The position numbers were made by a program, and so were the translations under genes. This document shows positions 1 through 10,177 of a DNA stretch of 64,000 bases, in pieces. Below the pieces are notes generated by a model, which saw nothing but the letters and a program-made list of their open reading frames with translations, searched no databases and was not told where the DNA came from. Source of the DNA: a virus; the IMG/VR virus record IMGVR_UViG_3300029374_000001, positions 32,001 through 96,000 of that record; one strand, written 5' to 3'. Each line of letters starts with the position of its first letter. The first letter of the stretch is position 1.

Positions 1-1862
1 CCCATTCTGGTAAGCGCAATCTAGTTCTTGTAGAACGAATCTGATTCATCAGAATAACTTCCAGATGAACCGATTGAATAGTCAACTTACCTTTGATAAT
101 GAGTTGAACCAATCTCTGTAGAAGAGAGTCTTTGTCGTAGTCAATCTCTCCTATACTACTCTTCTTATTGATCAGCTTCTCAATATCTTTCAGATTCTTA
201 CCAATATCATTATTCAATATCTGGATGAAGAAGATATTCATCATACTGTCTTCATCGACCAGATCTTTCAGATATACTAAATATTGATCATCTTCTGTTA
301 GTTCTGCTTTTGTAGTCAGATATGTATTAAACTCTTCCGTCAAATACATTTCTGTATCTTCTGCAGATTTAATAGTGTACCGATCGCCTTTTTTATCCAC
401 CAATATGAATTCCGTAATATATTTATCCAATGAAGTCTTCTGATCTTCCATACTATCTACATAAGAATCATCAGAATCTGAATAAATAGTGTTGGTGTCT
501 ATAAGAATATATGCTCCGTGCGTATCTTCTTTTGGAGATATAGAGTTTACATCAATTTCAAAATACTTATCAAATGGAGCAGCCCAATTGAATTTTTCTA
601 TCACCGTTTCCAACAAGTGCTTTGCTGATAACTGCTTCTGTGTTAGCTGTGCAGATAGTATTTCAGAAGCTAATTTACCAGGGCGAATGTTCCGATTGAT
701 ATAAGCTAACTCTCCATAACATCTTCTGCATATCCCATGCCCATGCGCTGCACTAGCACAAGTCATAGGAGAATATAAATAAATTGTTTTGCCTATCAGA
801 TACGTATCTTTCTTAGCGTTAATTAAGTAATCCATTCCATCTGGATCTAGTTTATAATATCGTCCATCTAACATGGATAAGAACTTTTTGTTTTCTACTA
901 AGATTGTTTGGAAATTGGATGTATTGCAACAATAGTCCATATCCTGGTTTAACATGGTATCCATATTATTGACACCAATAATACGAGCAAATGTACCCGA
1001 CTTGCCAGTATTCTTTTTTGTTTGAATCTGAGCGACTCTGGAAGATGCAGAATCTACAAACTGAGCAGCTACTGTATCCAATCCACCCATAATATAAGAC
1101 TTATCGATAACGTATGGATGAACTCCACCCTGTCCATTTGGTTTAGAACCAATATTAATTGCGAATTCTTTATACTGTCGTTTATTGATACCTTCCCCAG
1201 TCATAAAAGAATTCTTCATACAATGATCATGTCCTAAATACTTCTCAGATTCTTCAATAATTTCTATGCTATCTTCTGCTTTCTTTAATCCATCGTCTTT
1301 AACATCTTCTATCTTCGAATCCGATACAGATGTGTGGATTAATTCGTTAAACTCTTTCACCCTAGACATTAAGTCTATGGTGTCTTTTAAGTTGATTGTA
1401 TTGGATATATACATGGAAAAGAGATCAATATCTTTGAACTTATATAACGTATCATCTAAGATATTATTCAATTCTGTTGGAGATACGATTCTTTTGATCT
1501 TATCAATATAATGATCTAAATAATCTTTAATGGCATTTTGTGTCATAGCCTCAGGGAAGAACAACGCCTCTCCGCTGATAGGCTGGTTAGACCGTACAAC
1601 AATATACCACATCATAATATTAAAATATAAATCGAAAACTGATAACTGTATTATTCCATCATTTACCAGTTCTACATCAATCATAAAATTTTGTACTTCT
1701 TCTAATTCTATCCCATCTTTCATCAGATTTAATATTCCCTCATAATAATCTGACCAATTTGATGAGTTAATTTCGGATGTTTTAATATGACAACGTCCAT
1801 GAGTTGCCAAACTTGCAAACATGTAATAATTTTGTAAGTTTGATAATTGCGGATTAGACATC
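1..1862 (-). CDS. multisubunit RNA polymerase beta-prime subunit, C-terminal portion (split subunit). Start codon at 1862; the ORF runs off the window at position 1
   Basis: ATG at 1862-1860 preceded by GGAGAGAAAA. The frame is open to the window edge; the ORF track missed it because no stop lies in the window. Translation has a bridge-helix-like 'IMGGLDTVAAQFVDSASSRV' and 'CASAAHGHGICRRCYGELAYINRNIRPGKLASEILSAQLTQKQLSAKH'. The latter matches bacterial beta-prime region G 'CAHCYGRDLARG...AAQSIGEPGTQLTMRTFH'. Confidence 0.65.
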
Positions 1863-2037
1863 AGATTTTCTCTCCTATCATATTTTTACACATTTTCTAT
1901 GATACGTCCCTCGTAAAATCTTGTCAGTTATTTCATTTCATCTTCTTAAACTCCTTTTCTATAATTCGTTTACTTTCTGAGAACTCTTAATAAAAAGTTC
2001 CATTCTAAATCAATCTCGATTATATAATATATATTTG

Positions 2038-2083
2038 AATAAAAATATAAAAAGAGAGGTAGAGACTCATATGAGTCTCTACC
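2038..2083 (-). terminator. rho-independent terminator: palindrome GGTAGAGACTCATATGAGTCTCTACC (2058-2083) followed on the minus strand by TCTCTTTTTATATTTTT
   Basis: perfect 26-bp palindrome plus T-run, immediately downstream of minus gene 2186..2605. Confidence 0.6.
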
Positions 2084-2185
2084 AAAAGTCATAGCATATC
2101 AAAAGATTGTTTAAAAGATAAGAAGAACACAGCTGTGTGAAAACCAGTGTTCAAATAAAATCAAATAGAATATAAAATAAACATA

Positions 2186-2605
2186 TTAAGACGTAAAGTT
2201 CGTCTTGGAATAATATCTCGGATTGGTTTTAAGAATAGCCTTCTGGGCTTTGATAACATCACGTTTAACGTTGTTGCCATAACGGCGTACAATGTTAGCA
2301 ATAGCCTGCTTCTTAAGCATATGAGCTTTCTTCAAACGTTTCCAGTCAGCAGAATTAGACTCTTTGGCTTTCTGCATAGCAGCCAGCGTAATACGTCTAT
2401 TATAATCGTCAGTTCTGGAAAGACGGACGATTGTACGACGATTAACTGCTCCGCCTTCAACAAGAGCTTTAACTTCTGCGCTTTCCAAATACTGTACACG
2501 TTCTTCATCATCCATATGATTAACAAGATCAACAAACATTGATTCCAAGAGAGCGCCCATATCCTGGACTCCATCTCTCTCATTTTCATTATCGAGGAAT
2601 GACAC
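2186..2605 (-). CDS. hypothetical protein (139 aa)
   Basis: long ORF with codon usage like its neighbours; no recognisable motif. Confidence 0.5.
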   Translation of the reverse strand: MSFLDNENERDGVQDMGALLESMFVDLVNHMDDEERVQYLESAEVKALVEGGAVNRRTIVRLSRTDDYNRRITLAAMQKAKESNSADWKRLKKAHMLKKQAIANIVRRYGNNVKRDVIKAQKAILKTNPRYYSKTNFTS

Positions 2606-2748
2606 AGTATTTCACCTCCATTAGTGTTTTCAACATTCTTAATACATGACCACAATAAAATGTAGTTTAAATAAATGTTCTTATAATTGAATTAAAAAAT
2701 GATTTATTATAACACACTCCAATACATAGAGAAGAAAGGAGATATATA

Positions 2749-5352
2749 ATGAAACCTAGTCAAAGTATTGCTTTTCAAGATTATAAAGATACAATGAGAA
2801 GAAACATCAGATATTTATTTCCTCAATTAAGTAGTGACGAGTTGGAACGAGCTATAGAATATTCCATAAATAAGAGAATTATAAACTCAGCTTGTCAACT
2901 GAATGACACATATAAGAATGCTGTATATAATACTAATATGTTAGAATTAACAGAGTATATCATGCATGATCGACCAATACTGACATCCTTCGGATGTCTA
3001 TTTCATAGGCATGGAGATATAGATAATCCATTATACATGATGATACAAGAATTTGCAGATAGACGTAACAGATTTAAGAAAGAAATGCTAAAGCATAAAA
3101 AAGGTAGTGAGCAATATAAACATTTTGACTTAGCTCAAGCCGTCGCTAAGGTGGATGTCAATGCTGAAACAAACGCATTCTAATGCGTTTGGGATAGGCC
3201 TCTTTATAAAGTAATTTATAGAGAGAATCCTGGTGAATTGCTGGAAACCGGTAAAGATCTGATAACTACAATATATTTTTAATATATGAATGTGACGAAA
3301 GTCAGAAACAATATCAGATATAACCTAAGCTGAAATAAAAGAGTAGTATATATGAAATTCTTACTTATTTAAAAGAATATATATATTATTTGCTAAGGGT
3401 ATAATAAGAAAATCCGCAATCAGCAGCGAAGCTTCTATATATTATAGAAGAACGTTCAACGACTATTATGTAGAGTACAAGCGTATTCGAAGTGCCAGGC
3501 TCCAATATAATATTGGATGAAGATATAGTCTGTCCATGTATGAGAGTACATGAAGTTCATAAGAGAACTGGGTAGATGTAGCGAATCTATTCGAACACAT
3601 GAGATCTACGGCGCTATGGGGCAACCATCTTCTATATTTTATAACTTTGAAGTGGCAGCTTCCATTACCAGACAAGGAAGAGCTTCTATTGCAGCATCTA
3701 TTATGCTCTTTGAGTCTTTCTTAGCTAACAATATTAAATTTGGATCTTTGAACGAAGTGATTATGTTCATTGATCATATTGTATTAATGAAACCAACTAG
3801 ACAATATGAAGACCATCGAATCTTAGATAGAGATGTCTCTATCCAAGAAGTCTTTGATAAACTAATGAGTTCTTGTGGATATCGATGGAAACCAGATCAT
3901 ACAGAAGCCAATATTATCTGGAAAATTTTACATCAATTATCCCAATTTCATTTAAACAGACTCTATTATAAAAATAATATCTATGCTTTCTTTAATAATA
4001 CCGCACCCAAAGACTTCTTATTGGAGTTATTATATTCTTTGGATTCTCCATTTATCGATCCCAATTCTCCACCACCAATGATTAAGGCTAATTTGGATGT
4101 ATTGGTAGATATGGTCAAAGAGTATATTTATTATCCATATCAGATCATCGATAAAATAGAACGAGTAGAAACATTGTATCGTCAAATCGATTTAGTAACC
4201 GATACAGATTCTTGTATTATTTGTTTAAATCCATGGTATGAATATGTAGCCAATCTAACCAAAGATCTGGATATCGATCTGAAACATTATGAATTGGATA
4301 TAATTGGATTGTTGAATAAAGAAAATCCCAATGATGCATCTGATTTGAAAGAAGAAAGTAAAACAGAATATATCTACGATTTTAGAAATAAAGAAATTTT
4401 GGAAAGAAAACGATTAGTAGATCCATTTAAAATTATTCCAGAAGACGCTATGAGATATAGCATCATCAATATACTGGCATATATCATTAGTAAGCTATTA
4501 CGAGATTACTTCGATCGTATAAGCATTAAGAATAATGTAACTAATGATGCTCATAATTTTTGTTTGATGAATATGAAGAACGAATTCTTATTCTTACGGA
4601 TGTTATTGTCCGATGCTAAGAAGCATTATGCGTCTATTGTAGAACTTCAGGAAGGTCATAAAGTTCCCTTAGATAAGCAATTAGATATTAAAGGATTACA
4701 GATTGATAAGTCTGTTGTACCAGAATCTACTAAAGAAGCTCTTGGAAATATTTTACATGAAGATGTATTACGACCAAATTATATTGATCAAATGAAGATC
4801 ATCAATAAATTGGCTGTTCTGGAAAAGACCATCTATGATGATATCTATAATGGCGGATTGAAATACTATAGTCCTAAAAAGCTTAAACCATTTGTTACAT
4901 ATAAGAATCCAATGAGTACACAGCAGGTTAAAGCTTCTATTGTTTATAACTTATTTAGAGATGAAGATGAGGCATATATCAATATTGATGAAAATAATTC
5001 TGTATTGATTATTGGAGTTAATATTGATGCTCATTCATTAGAATCTTGTAAACTAAAAGAATCGGATCCTGAGAAATATGAAATCATGAGAAAGATTATT
5101 TATGAGAATCCAGTAATTGAAGTTTCTCAGAATAAAATTGCTGTGAAGATATTCAATGATAATCTAGCTCTAAATAGTCGAAAAATTACTAGTATAGCTA
5201 TTCCTAGAGATAGTCAAACACCTAAATGGATACTAGAGTTTATTGATTATGCCAGCATAGTTAAAGATAATATCGGTACCTTCCCATTGAAGAGTATTGG
5301 TATTACTAAGCTAGATACGAACAGTGCGTACAGTGGCATTATCAATCTATAA
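2749..5352 (+). CDS. family B DNA polymerase, C-terminal portion (fingers, motif B, motif C, thumb). Two exons, about 2749..3165 and 3604..5352, separated by a group I intron. The N-terminal exonuclease and motif A are not encoded here, so this is a split polymerase gene
   Basis: Own RBS AAAGGAG and ATG at 2749. Exon 1 ends '...FADRRNRFKKEML...AQAVAKVDVNA'. Exon 2 starts 'IYGAMGQPSSIFYNFEVAASITRQGRA'. Together these reconstitute Pol B motif B (KxxxNSxYG...A.SIT..GR). Motif C 'LVTDTDSCII' lies downstream. The in-frame TAA at 3181 and the ORF-less 3184..3549 are intron sequence. Confidence 0.7.
3166..3603 (+). ncRNA. group I self-splicing intron, ORF-less, in the DNA polymerase gene. The 3' boundary after G3603 is fairly firm; the 5' boundary is approximate
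   Basis: Canonical core elements: P-like 'GAATTGCTGGAAACC' (~3230), Q-like 'AATCCGCAATCAGCAGC' (~3410), R 'GTTCAACGACTA' (~3452), S 'GAAGATATAGTCTGTCC' (~3521). Phase-0 insertion splitting motif B. Homologous along its length to the intron at 49447..49845. Confidence 0.75.
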
Positions 5353-5361
5353 GGAGAAAAT

Positions 5362-5916
5362 ATGTTTACAAATAATGAAAAAGAAATTTTAAGAACAATA
5401 ATCAAAGATTGTAAGAAAGCTAATATTTCAAGATCTGCTATATTTGAATTTCTAAAATGGTATTTGTTTGTCGATTATACTTGTAATAATATAGATAGTT
5501 TTATTATGCGGTTCCATAAGTTGTCTTCTATAGATTTCAGTATATTCAATACTGATATTCTTAGAACAATAGCTGTTCATGTATCTCAATTCTTTATAAA
5601 TTCTTATATAATAGCAAATGCTATGGAATCTATTCTGAAAATAGGTGAACCAATATCAACAAAGCAAGTAATAAATACATATCATGAATTCATTGATAAA
5701 ATTAATCATAATCAGAAGATTCCAGTTATTGCTATAATTCACAATAAGCCTACAAATCAGCATACATATATAGTATTAAATAATATATCCGATGATTGCG
5801 ATTCTATTGAAGATTTGGATCTTTCTGACAACGCATTATCTTTTACTATCAATTTTATCAAAGATCATTATAACGATATTCAATCTAAGATAGACGAAAT
5901 ACAAAAAGCATATTAA
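5362..5916 (+). CDS. hypothetical protein (184 aa)
   Basis: ORF with RBS GGAGAAAA 6 nt upstream. Confidence 0.5.
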   Translation: MFTNNEKEILRTIIKDCKKANISRSAIFEFLKWYLFVDYTCNNIDSFIMRFHKLSSIDFSIFNTDILRTIAVHVSQFFINSYIIANAMESILKIGEPISTKQVINTYHEFIDKINHNQKIPVIAIIHNKPTNQHTYIVLNNISDDCDSIEDLDLSDNALSFTINFIKDHYNDIQSKIDEIQKAY

Positions 5917-5929
5917 TTTGTATCATTAT

Positions 5930-5959
5930 AATCCATAGACTCATATGAGTCTATGGATT
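5930..5959. terminator. bidirectional hairpin AATCCATAGACTCATATGAGTCTATGGATT between convergent genes
   Basis: perfect 30-bp palindrome between + gene 5362..5916 and - gene 5976..6410. Confidence 0.55.
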
Positions 5960-5975
5960 ATATGTGTAATTTTTT

Positions 5976-6410
5976 TTAATGATTATCTTTTTTATTTTTA
6001 ATTTCTTCTAAAAGTTTACGAGCACGTTCTCTAGCCTTAGGTAAATTCTTATTAATGAAATCATCATACTTTTTAATTTTGGGATCATTTTGCAATCCTT
6101 GACGTACTCTATCATGCCCACTTTTGAAATGAGATACAATTCGATTATACTCCGTATCATCATGCCGACGGGTTTTATCGTTTGTATGTTTCTCAGAGTT
6201 ATGTTTCGCTTCGTCTTCTATTTTACGAACGTTCCGATTAAAAATAGATCTTGCATTATCTTTAAGAGTAGACTCATCAGCTTCCATATATACATTACAT
6301 TCATCTTCTAATGAATATTCATTAGATTCTAACATACTTTCTAATTCATCACATGCATTATTATATCCTTCTATATAAGCTTGTTCTAAATCTTCTTTTG
6401 TATATAACAT
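5976..6410 (-). CDS. hypothetical acidic protein (144 aa) carrying the shared 'ESNEYSLEDECNVYME' module
   Basis: ORF; the module is repeated almost identically at nucleotide level in gene 8448..9194. Confidence 0.5.
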   Translation of the reverse strand: MLYTKEDLEQAYIEGYNNACDELESMLESNEYSLEDECNVYMEADESTLKDNARSIFNRNVRKIEDEAKHNSEKHTNDKTRRHDDTEYNRIVSHFKSGHDRVRQGLQNDPKIKKYDDFINKNLPKARERARKLLEEIKNKKDNH

Positions 6411-6604
6411 AGTTTAATATACCTCCTATAATATGATGATTATTATGATGTATAAAAAAAAAGAATAATCAAATAATCCATAATATTTTATTAAAAAAGA
6501 ATATTTATTGTTAAAATGGAATCTATCTTTTTTTCAATTATATATTATATAGGTGTAATAACCATAATAAATTTACATTTATTTTTAAAAGGAGGATAAT
6601 TATT

Positions 6605-7024
6605 ATGGATAATAAAACACTTATTACAAAACTCTTGGCAGACAAAACGGTTCAGCAAGGATTAGAAGTATTTATCAAAGCCAAATCATTATTTAATTTG
6701 CTTGATATAGAAATTAATCCATTTGATCGATATGTAAAAAAATATATACATATCGATTCGCTAACCAATGGTTTGAATGAAAATCAGATATTTAATCTGA
6801 AAAACAGAATATTTGAATTTATTATTAATCATCGAGACGATAAAAAGGATATTGAATTGAATGCGATAGCAGGAGATAATAATAACTTTATTCTTGAAGG
6901 AGAAAATAAGAAATTCTACGTATTCTACAACATTGGGTCAGAGCCAAGAGTAACAGTAACCAGCAGTAAAACGGATGCATTTGAAATTATGCGGAAAAAA
7001 CCATCTTTACTGATAGGTTACTAA
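6605..7024 (+). CDS. hypothetical protein (139 aa)
   Basis: RBS AAAGGAGG upstream of the ATG; followed by terminator 7033..7062. Confidence 0.5.
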   Translation: MDNKTLITKLLADKTVQQGLEVFIKAKSLFNLLDIEINPFDRYVKKYIHIDSLTNGLNENQIFNLKNRIFEFIINHRDDKKDIELNAIAGDNNNFILEGENKKFYVFYNIGSEPRVTVTSSKTDAFEIMRKKPSLLIGY

Positions 7025-7032
7025 AAATAAAA

Positions 7033-7062
7033 GAAGGGTATATACCCTTCTTTTATTTTTTA
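7033..7062 (+). terminator. rho-independent terminator AGAAGGGTATATACCCTTCT plus T-run
   Basis: perfect palindrome followed by TTTTATTTTTT after the stop of 6605..7024. Confidence 0.6.
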
Positions 7063-7070
7063 TAAAAAAT

Positions 7071-7102
7071 ATATCCAGAGGTTATATAACCTCTGGATAT
7101 AT
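7071..7102 (-). terminator. hairpin ATATCCAGAGGTTATATAACCTCTGGATATAT downstream of minus gene 7113..8234
   Basis: perfect 32-bp palindrome. Confidence 0.5.
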
Positions 7103-7112
7103 AATAAACACA

Positions 7113-8234
7113 TTATACTATAGTAATATCTACACTTTCATCGTGACTCTTTACAGCATATGCAGCTCTACGTTTCAGACCTTTAAGAGTTGCACCAAGA
7201 GCAGACTTATATACACTCATAAGAGTAGATGCGATAGCCTGTCCAACGGTTGCTACAGCGCTATGAATAATGGTCAACCCAGAACTAATGTATTTAAAAA
7301 GAACACTCAGAGTCTTATTAATTCCAGCTTTAATATTCTTCTGTCCTTCTTTTTTAATTCCAAGAAGTTCTTTAGTTTTCTTTTCAACGACTTTCTGGAT
7401 TTCATTTACATTCTTAAGATCCCAACTATGAAGTTTCATAACGCCATCATAGGCTTTATCAAGATTCTTCAAAAGATCATTAGAATAAATCTCTTTGAAA
7501 TTCTTTTCGGATGGAGCAATCGTTTTCTTTTCAATGAGTTTTTCTTTTAACTCAGAGATAAAGTTCTTTCCATCCAACCCCGGGAAGAAACGCTCATAAA
7601 CCAGTTGTCTAATATCATCAGAACCAATATTCTGTTTAACAATATCCATCACATCAGAAATTGCCTGGTTATTTGAATTGTTGCTAGCAGTTTTAAATGC
7701 CGCTTTAGCAGTAGCTTTAGCTTCGTCAGGAATAGAATCTTTCGGAATCGAATTCAAAATCTGTTCAACAATAGCCGGGGTAATTTTAACACCCTTTGGA
7801 ACGTCAGGAATATTTGCAATAAGTTTTGCAACATTTGCTGCGTTAAGGCCATTATATTCGATTTTTTCGTTTTCCATTTTCTTAGCATTAGTATGATTCT
7901 TAACGAATTCACCAATAGTTTTGAAAGCTTTAGCGGCGGCCATTGTTAATTTGCGACGAAGCATCATGAAGAATGCTTTAACTTTTGCCAAAACTTTTTT
8001 AATCAGTTCAAGAATCCAGTTGAAGAACTGCTTAATACGTTTCCAAATAGCATCAAATGCATCGCCAATAACATTTTCCTGCTGAACGCTCAGTTCACCA
8101 TATTCGATGCCTTCTTCAAGAGCAATCAGATTATGTGTGGATTCAACAACCATAGCCATAGCACCATCAGTACCTTCATAGCTGAAGTCCGGTTCTACAG
8201 CTTCTACGAATGATCTAATTTCATCATCGTACAT
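7113..8234 (-). CDS. hypothetical Lys/Ala-rich helical protein (373 aa), possibly a head-internal or scaffold-type protein
   Basis: ORF; low-complexity K/A/E composition; sits in a structural-looking block. Confidence 0.45.
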   Translation of the reverse strand: MYDDEIRSFVEAVEPDFSYEGTDGAMAMVVESTHNLIALEEGIEYGELSVQQENVIGDAFDAIWKRIKQFFNWILELIKKVLAKVKAFFMMLRRKLTMAAAKAFKTIGEFVKNHTNAKKMENEKIEYNGLNAANVAKLIANIPDVPKGVKITPAIVEQILNSIPKDSIPDEAKATAKAAFKTASNNSNNQAISDVMDIVKQNIGSDDIRQLVYERFFPGLDGKNFISELKEKLIEKKTIAPSEKNFKEIYSNDLLKNLDKAYDGVMKLHSWDLKNVNEIQKVVEKKTKELLGIKKEGQKNIKAGINKTLSVLFKYISSGLTIIHSAVATVGQAIASTLMSVYKSALGATLKGLKRRAAYAVKSHDESVDITIV

Positions 8235-8447
8235 GTTAACTTTCCTCCAATCATTTTAGTATTCTTCATATAGAAGAAATTTAGAGAATTTTTAGTATAT
8301 TCATAGAATATACCAGAATAAAATAGTTAGATCTATAAATAGATCAAATTATATTATACTAATTACTCACTCAGATTGGGGATGAATGAATATCTTCGTA
8401 AATAATTATCTAATATACTTAAGTGTTATCTATATAAATTAAGATTC

Positions 8448-9194
8448 TTAATCTTTACTTGGTTGCAATAAAGCTTGTTCTAATGCTGTATAATCTTCTT
8501 CATTAGATTCCATATACATATTACATTCATCTTCTAATGAGTATTCATTAGACTCTACACCAAAGAATAATTTCTTGGCCATCTGTTTGAGTCCATGACC
8601 AGAAATGCTAGCATCGACTAATTTAAGTTTTACACCAGCTCTTTTGCATATTTTATCAAATGTAGTCAATTCGGATTTAATACCAGTCTGTTTAGCAAAA
8701 GAAGTAGCTATAGGTTTCTCCCAAGAAAATGGGTCTTTCTTAAACATACCACCATGCTGAGCGTAAGGAGATGGAATTACTTTATCGCCTCCAAATGTAG
8801 CTTTAGCTACAGATGCACTAGGGCATTGTAAGAATACAACATCCGCATTCTTTTCTCTATCATACCAATCTTTATCTACGACAAGAATTTTCTTTTTCTT
8901 ATCATATTCTATAGAACGAATATGATTATAATCTACCCATCTAAATAATGCATCTGCTGGTGTATCGGCACTATATACAGACACAATACGATTATACATT
9001 GCCAATGGAATTATAAAACCAGGACCAACAATAGAAATACCATGAATAAGAGTACCCCAGCTTCTAGCCGAAACAATAGCATATTGTTTCTTATTATCTC
9101 CAGATTCTAAATAATAATCGCAATCATTTTCTAAAGAATATTCTAACAATCCGCGTTGATTTTCATCTTCTAATCTAAATTCTAAATCTTCCAT
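8448..9194 (-). CDS. hypothetical protein (248 aa) with the 'EYSLE(N/D)(D/E)C(D/N)xY(L/M)ES' module at both termini
   Basis: N-terminal 'LLEYSLENDCDYYLES' and C-terminal 'ESNEYSLEDECNMYMES'. The C-terminal copy is ~90% identical in DNA to 6290..6340. Confidence 0.5.
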   Translation of the reverse strand: MEDLEFRLEDENQRGLLEYSLENDCDYYLESGDNKKQYAIVSARSWGTLIHGISIVGPGFIIPLAMYNRIVSVYSADTPADALFRWVDYNHIRSIEYDKKKKILVVDKDWYDREKNADVVFLQCPSASVAKATFGGDKVIPSPYAQHGGMFKKDPFSWEKPIATSFAKQTGIKSELTTFDKICKRAGVKLKLVDASISGHGLKQMAKKLFFGVESNEYSLEDECNMYMESNEEDYTALEQALLQPSKD

Positions 9195-9211
9195 AATAAT
9201 TGACCCTTATA

Positions 9212-10063
9212 TTAACTATACTTCTGGCAGAATTTATCTATCTGATTTTCCACAAATCTACCAAGAGGAACAACAATTGTTTCATAAGATTCTGTCACCA
9301 TAGTAACAGATTTTTTATCTTCAGATAAAGTAATGCTCTTATAAATGGGAGAGAAGTCATTGCAGATCTGATAGAAGCTATAAGACTCTTTAATCAACAA
9401 GTCTACTACATCCTGATTCATAACAGGAGCTACAGCTTCAAATCCTTCTTTAACAATCTGCTGATTACCTTTAGAAGTAATCATATGATCTAAAGAATCT
9501 CCTTCAAATCCAGCAGATTCAGAAATAATGCGATTGGTATACGCATTATCATAAGATGGATAATAGACTCTATCATAAGTAACAATTCTTAAATTAGTTA
9601 CATTGGACTGCCCATTAACAATCTTGATAGAACCTAGGCTTCTTAATGAATAGGATGGCTTCTGTCCAGCTTTCAAATCTTCATTAAACGCTCTGCCGAG
9701 TTCGTTATTAGTTCCTCTGACATGAGCTTTAACATAATCTCCATCCATCCATAACTTAGTATACCAGACTTGCTCCAAAGTGGGGTCTACTTTCTGCTGT
9801 CTGGCTAAGTTCATATCCAACGGATGACCAGCTTCTCCTTTAAAGTTGCCAGTGCTTACCAATTCTCTGATACGATCAGAGTAAATTTCTTTACGCAAAT
9901 CTGCTTCTGTATAATAACGTCTGTTTCTATTTAATTTCATTGCCTGTTGTAGTGTACATTCAGCAACCAAGAAGCCATTATCATTACGAATTACGTCGCA
10001 AGAGACGCAATCTGCAACCCCTTCGTTGATAATATATGCTACAGGTTTATCTGATATTGGCAT
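9212..10063 (-). CDS. hypothetical protein (283 aa). A head-maturation protease is a possibility from position only, not supported by motifs
   Basis: ORF upstream of the acidic scaffold-like gene; contains 'GEAGHP' and 'SLRSLGS' but no confident protease signature. Confidence 0.4.
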   Translation of the reverse strand: MPISDKPVAYIINEGVADCVSCDVIRNDNGFLVAECTLQQAMKLNRNRRYYTEADLRKEIYSDRIRELVSTGNFKGEAGHPLDMNLARQQKVDPTLEQVWYTKLWMDGDYVKAHVRGTNNELGRAFNEDLKAGQKPSYSLRSLGSIKIVNGQSNVTNLRIVTYDRVYYPSYDNAYTNRIISESAGFEGDSLDHMITSKGNQQIVKEGFEAVAPVMNQDVVDLLIKESYSFYQICNDFSPIYKSITLSEDKKSVTMVTESYETIVVPLGRFVENQIDKFCQKYS

Positions 10064-10130
10064 AAGATATAACCTCCTTTATGTATTAGCAATTATAATT
10101 ATGTTTCAGTAGTAAAACTGTCAGAAGATA

Positions 10131-10156
10131 AGAAGAGATCTATATAGATCTCTTCT
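10131..10156. terminator. hairpin AGAAGAGATCTATATAGATCTCTTCT
   Basis: perfect 26-bp palindrome in the intergenic gap. Confidence 0.45.
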
Positions 10157-10177
10157 ATATTTCTTTTTTATAATAAA

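Noticed and set aside
489-1745. Four plus-strand 71-81 aa ORFs from the track (489..704, 1022..1237, 1266..1511, 1530..1745)
   Set aside because: They lie antisense inside the long minus-strand beta-prime ORF (1..1862). That ORF was missed by the track only because it has no stop within the window.
2749-3165. Pol B motif A (DxxSLYPS) in exon 1
   Set aside because: No convincing match ('ILTSFGCLF' is too divergent). This supports the view that the palm N-terminal part is encoded elsewhere.
3166-3603. Homing endonuclease inside either intron
   Set aside because: No ORF longer than about 20 codons with a start lies in either intron; both appear ORF-less.
3466-3675. ORF 3466..3675 (-) and the N-terminal 18 codons of ORF 3550..5352 (MKFIRELGRCSESIRTHE)
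   Set aside because: They fall in the 3' part of the group I intron. The same 'ATGAAGTTCATAAGAGAACTGGG...' sequence recurs in the second intron on the other strand. Real coding resumes at about 3604.
9212-10063. Calling this gene the prohead protease
   Set aside because: Only positional logic and isolated His/Ser residues support it. There is no confident catalytic motif, so it is left as hypothetical.
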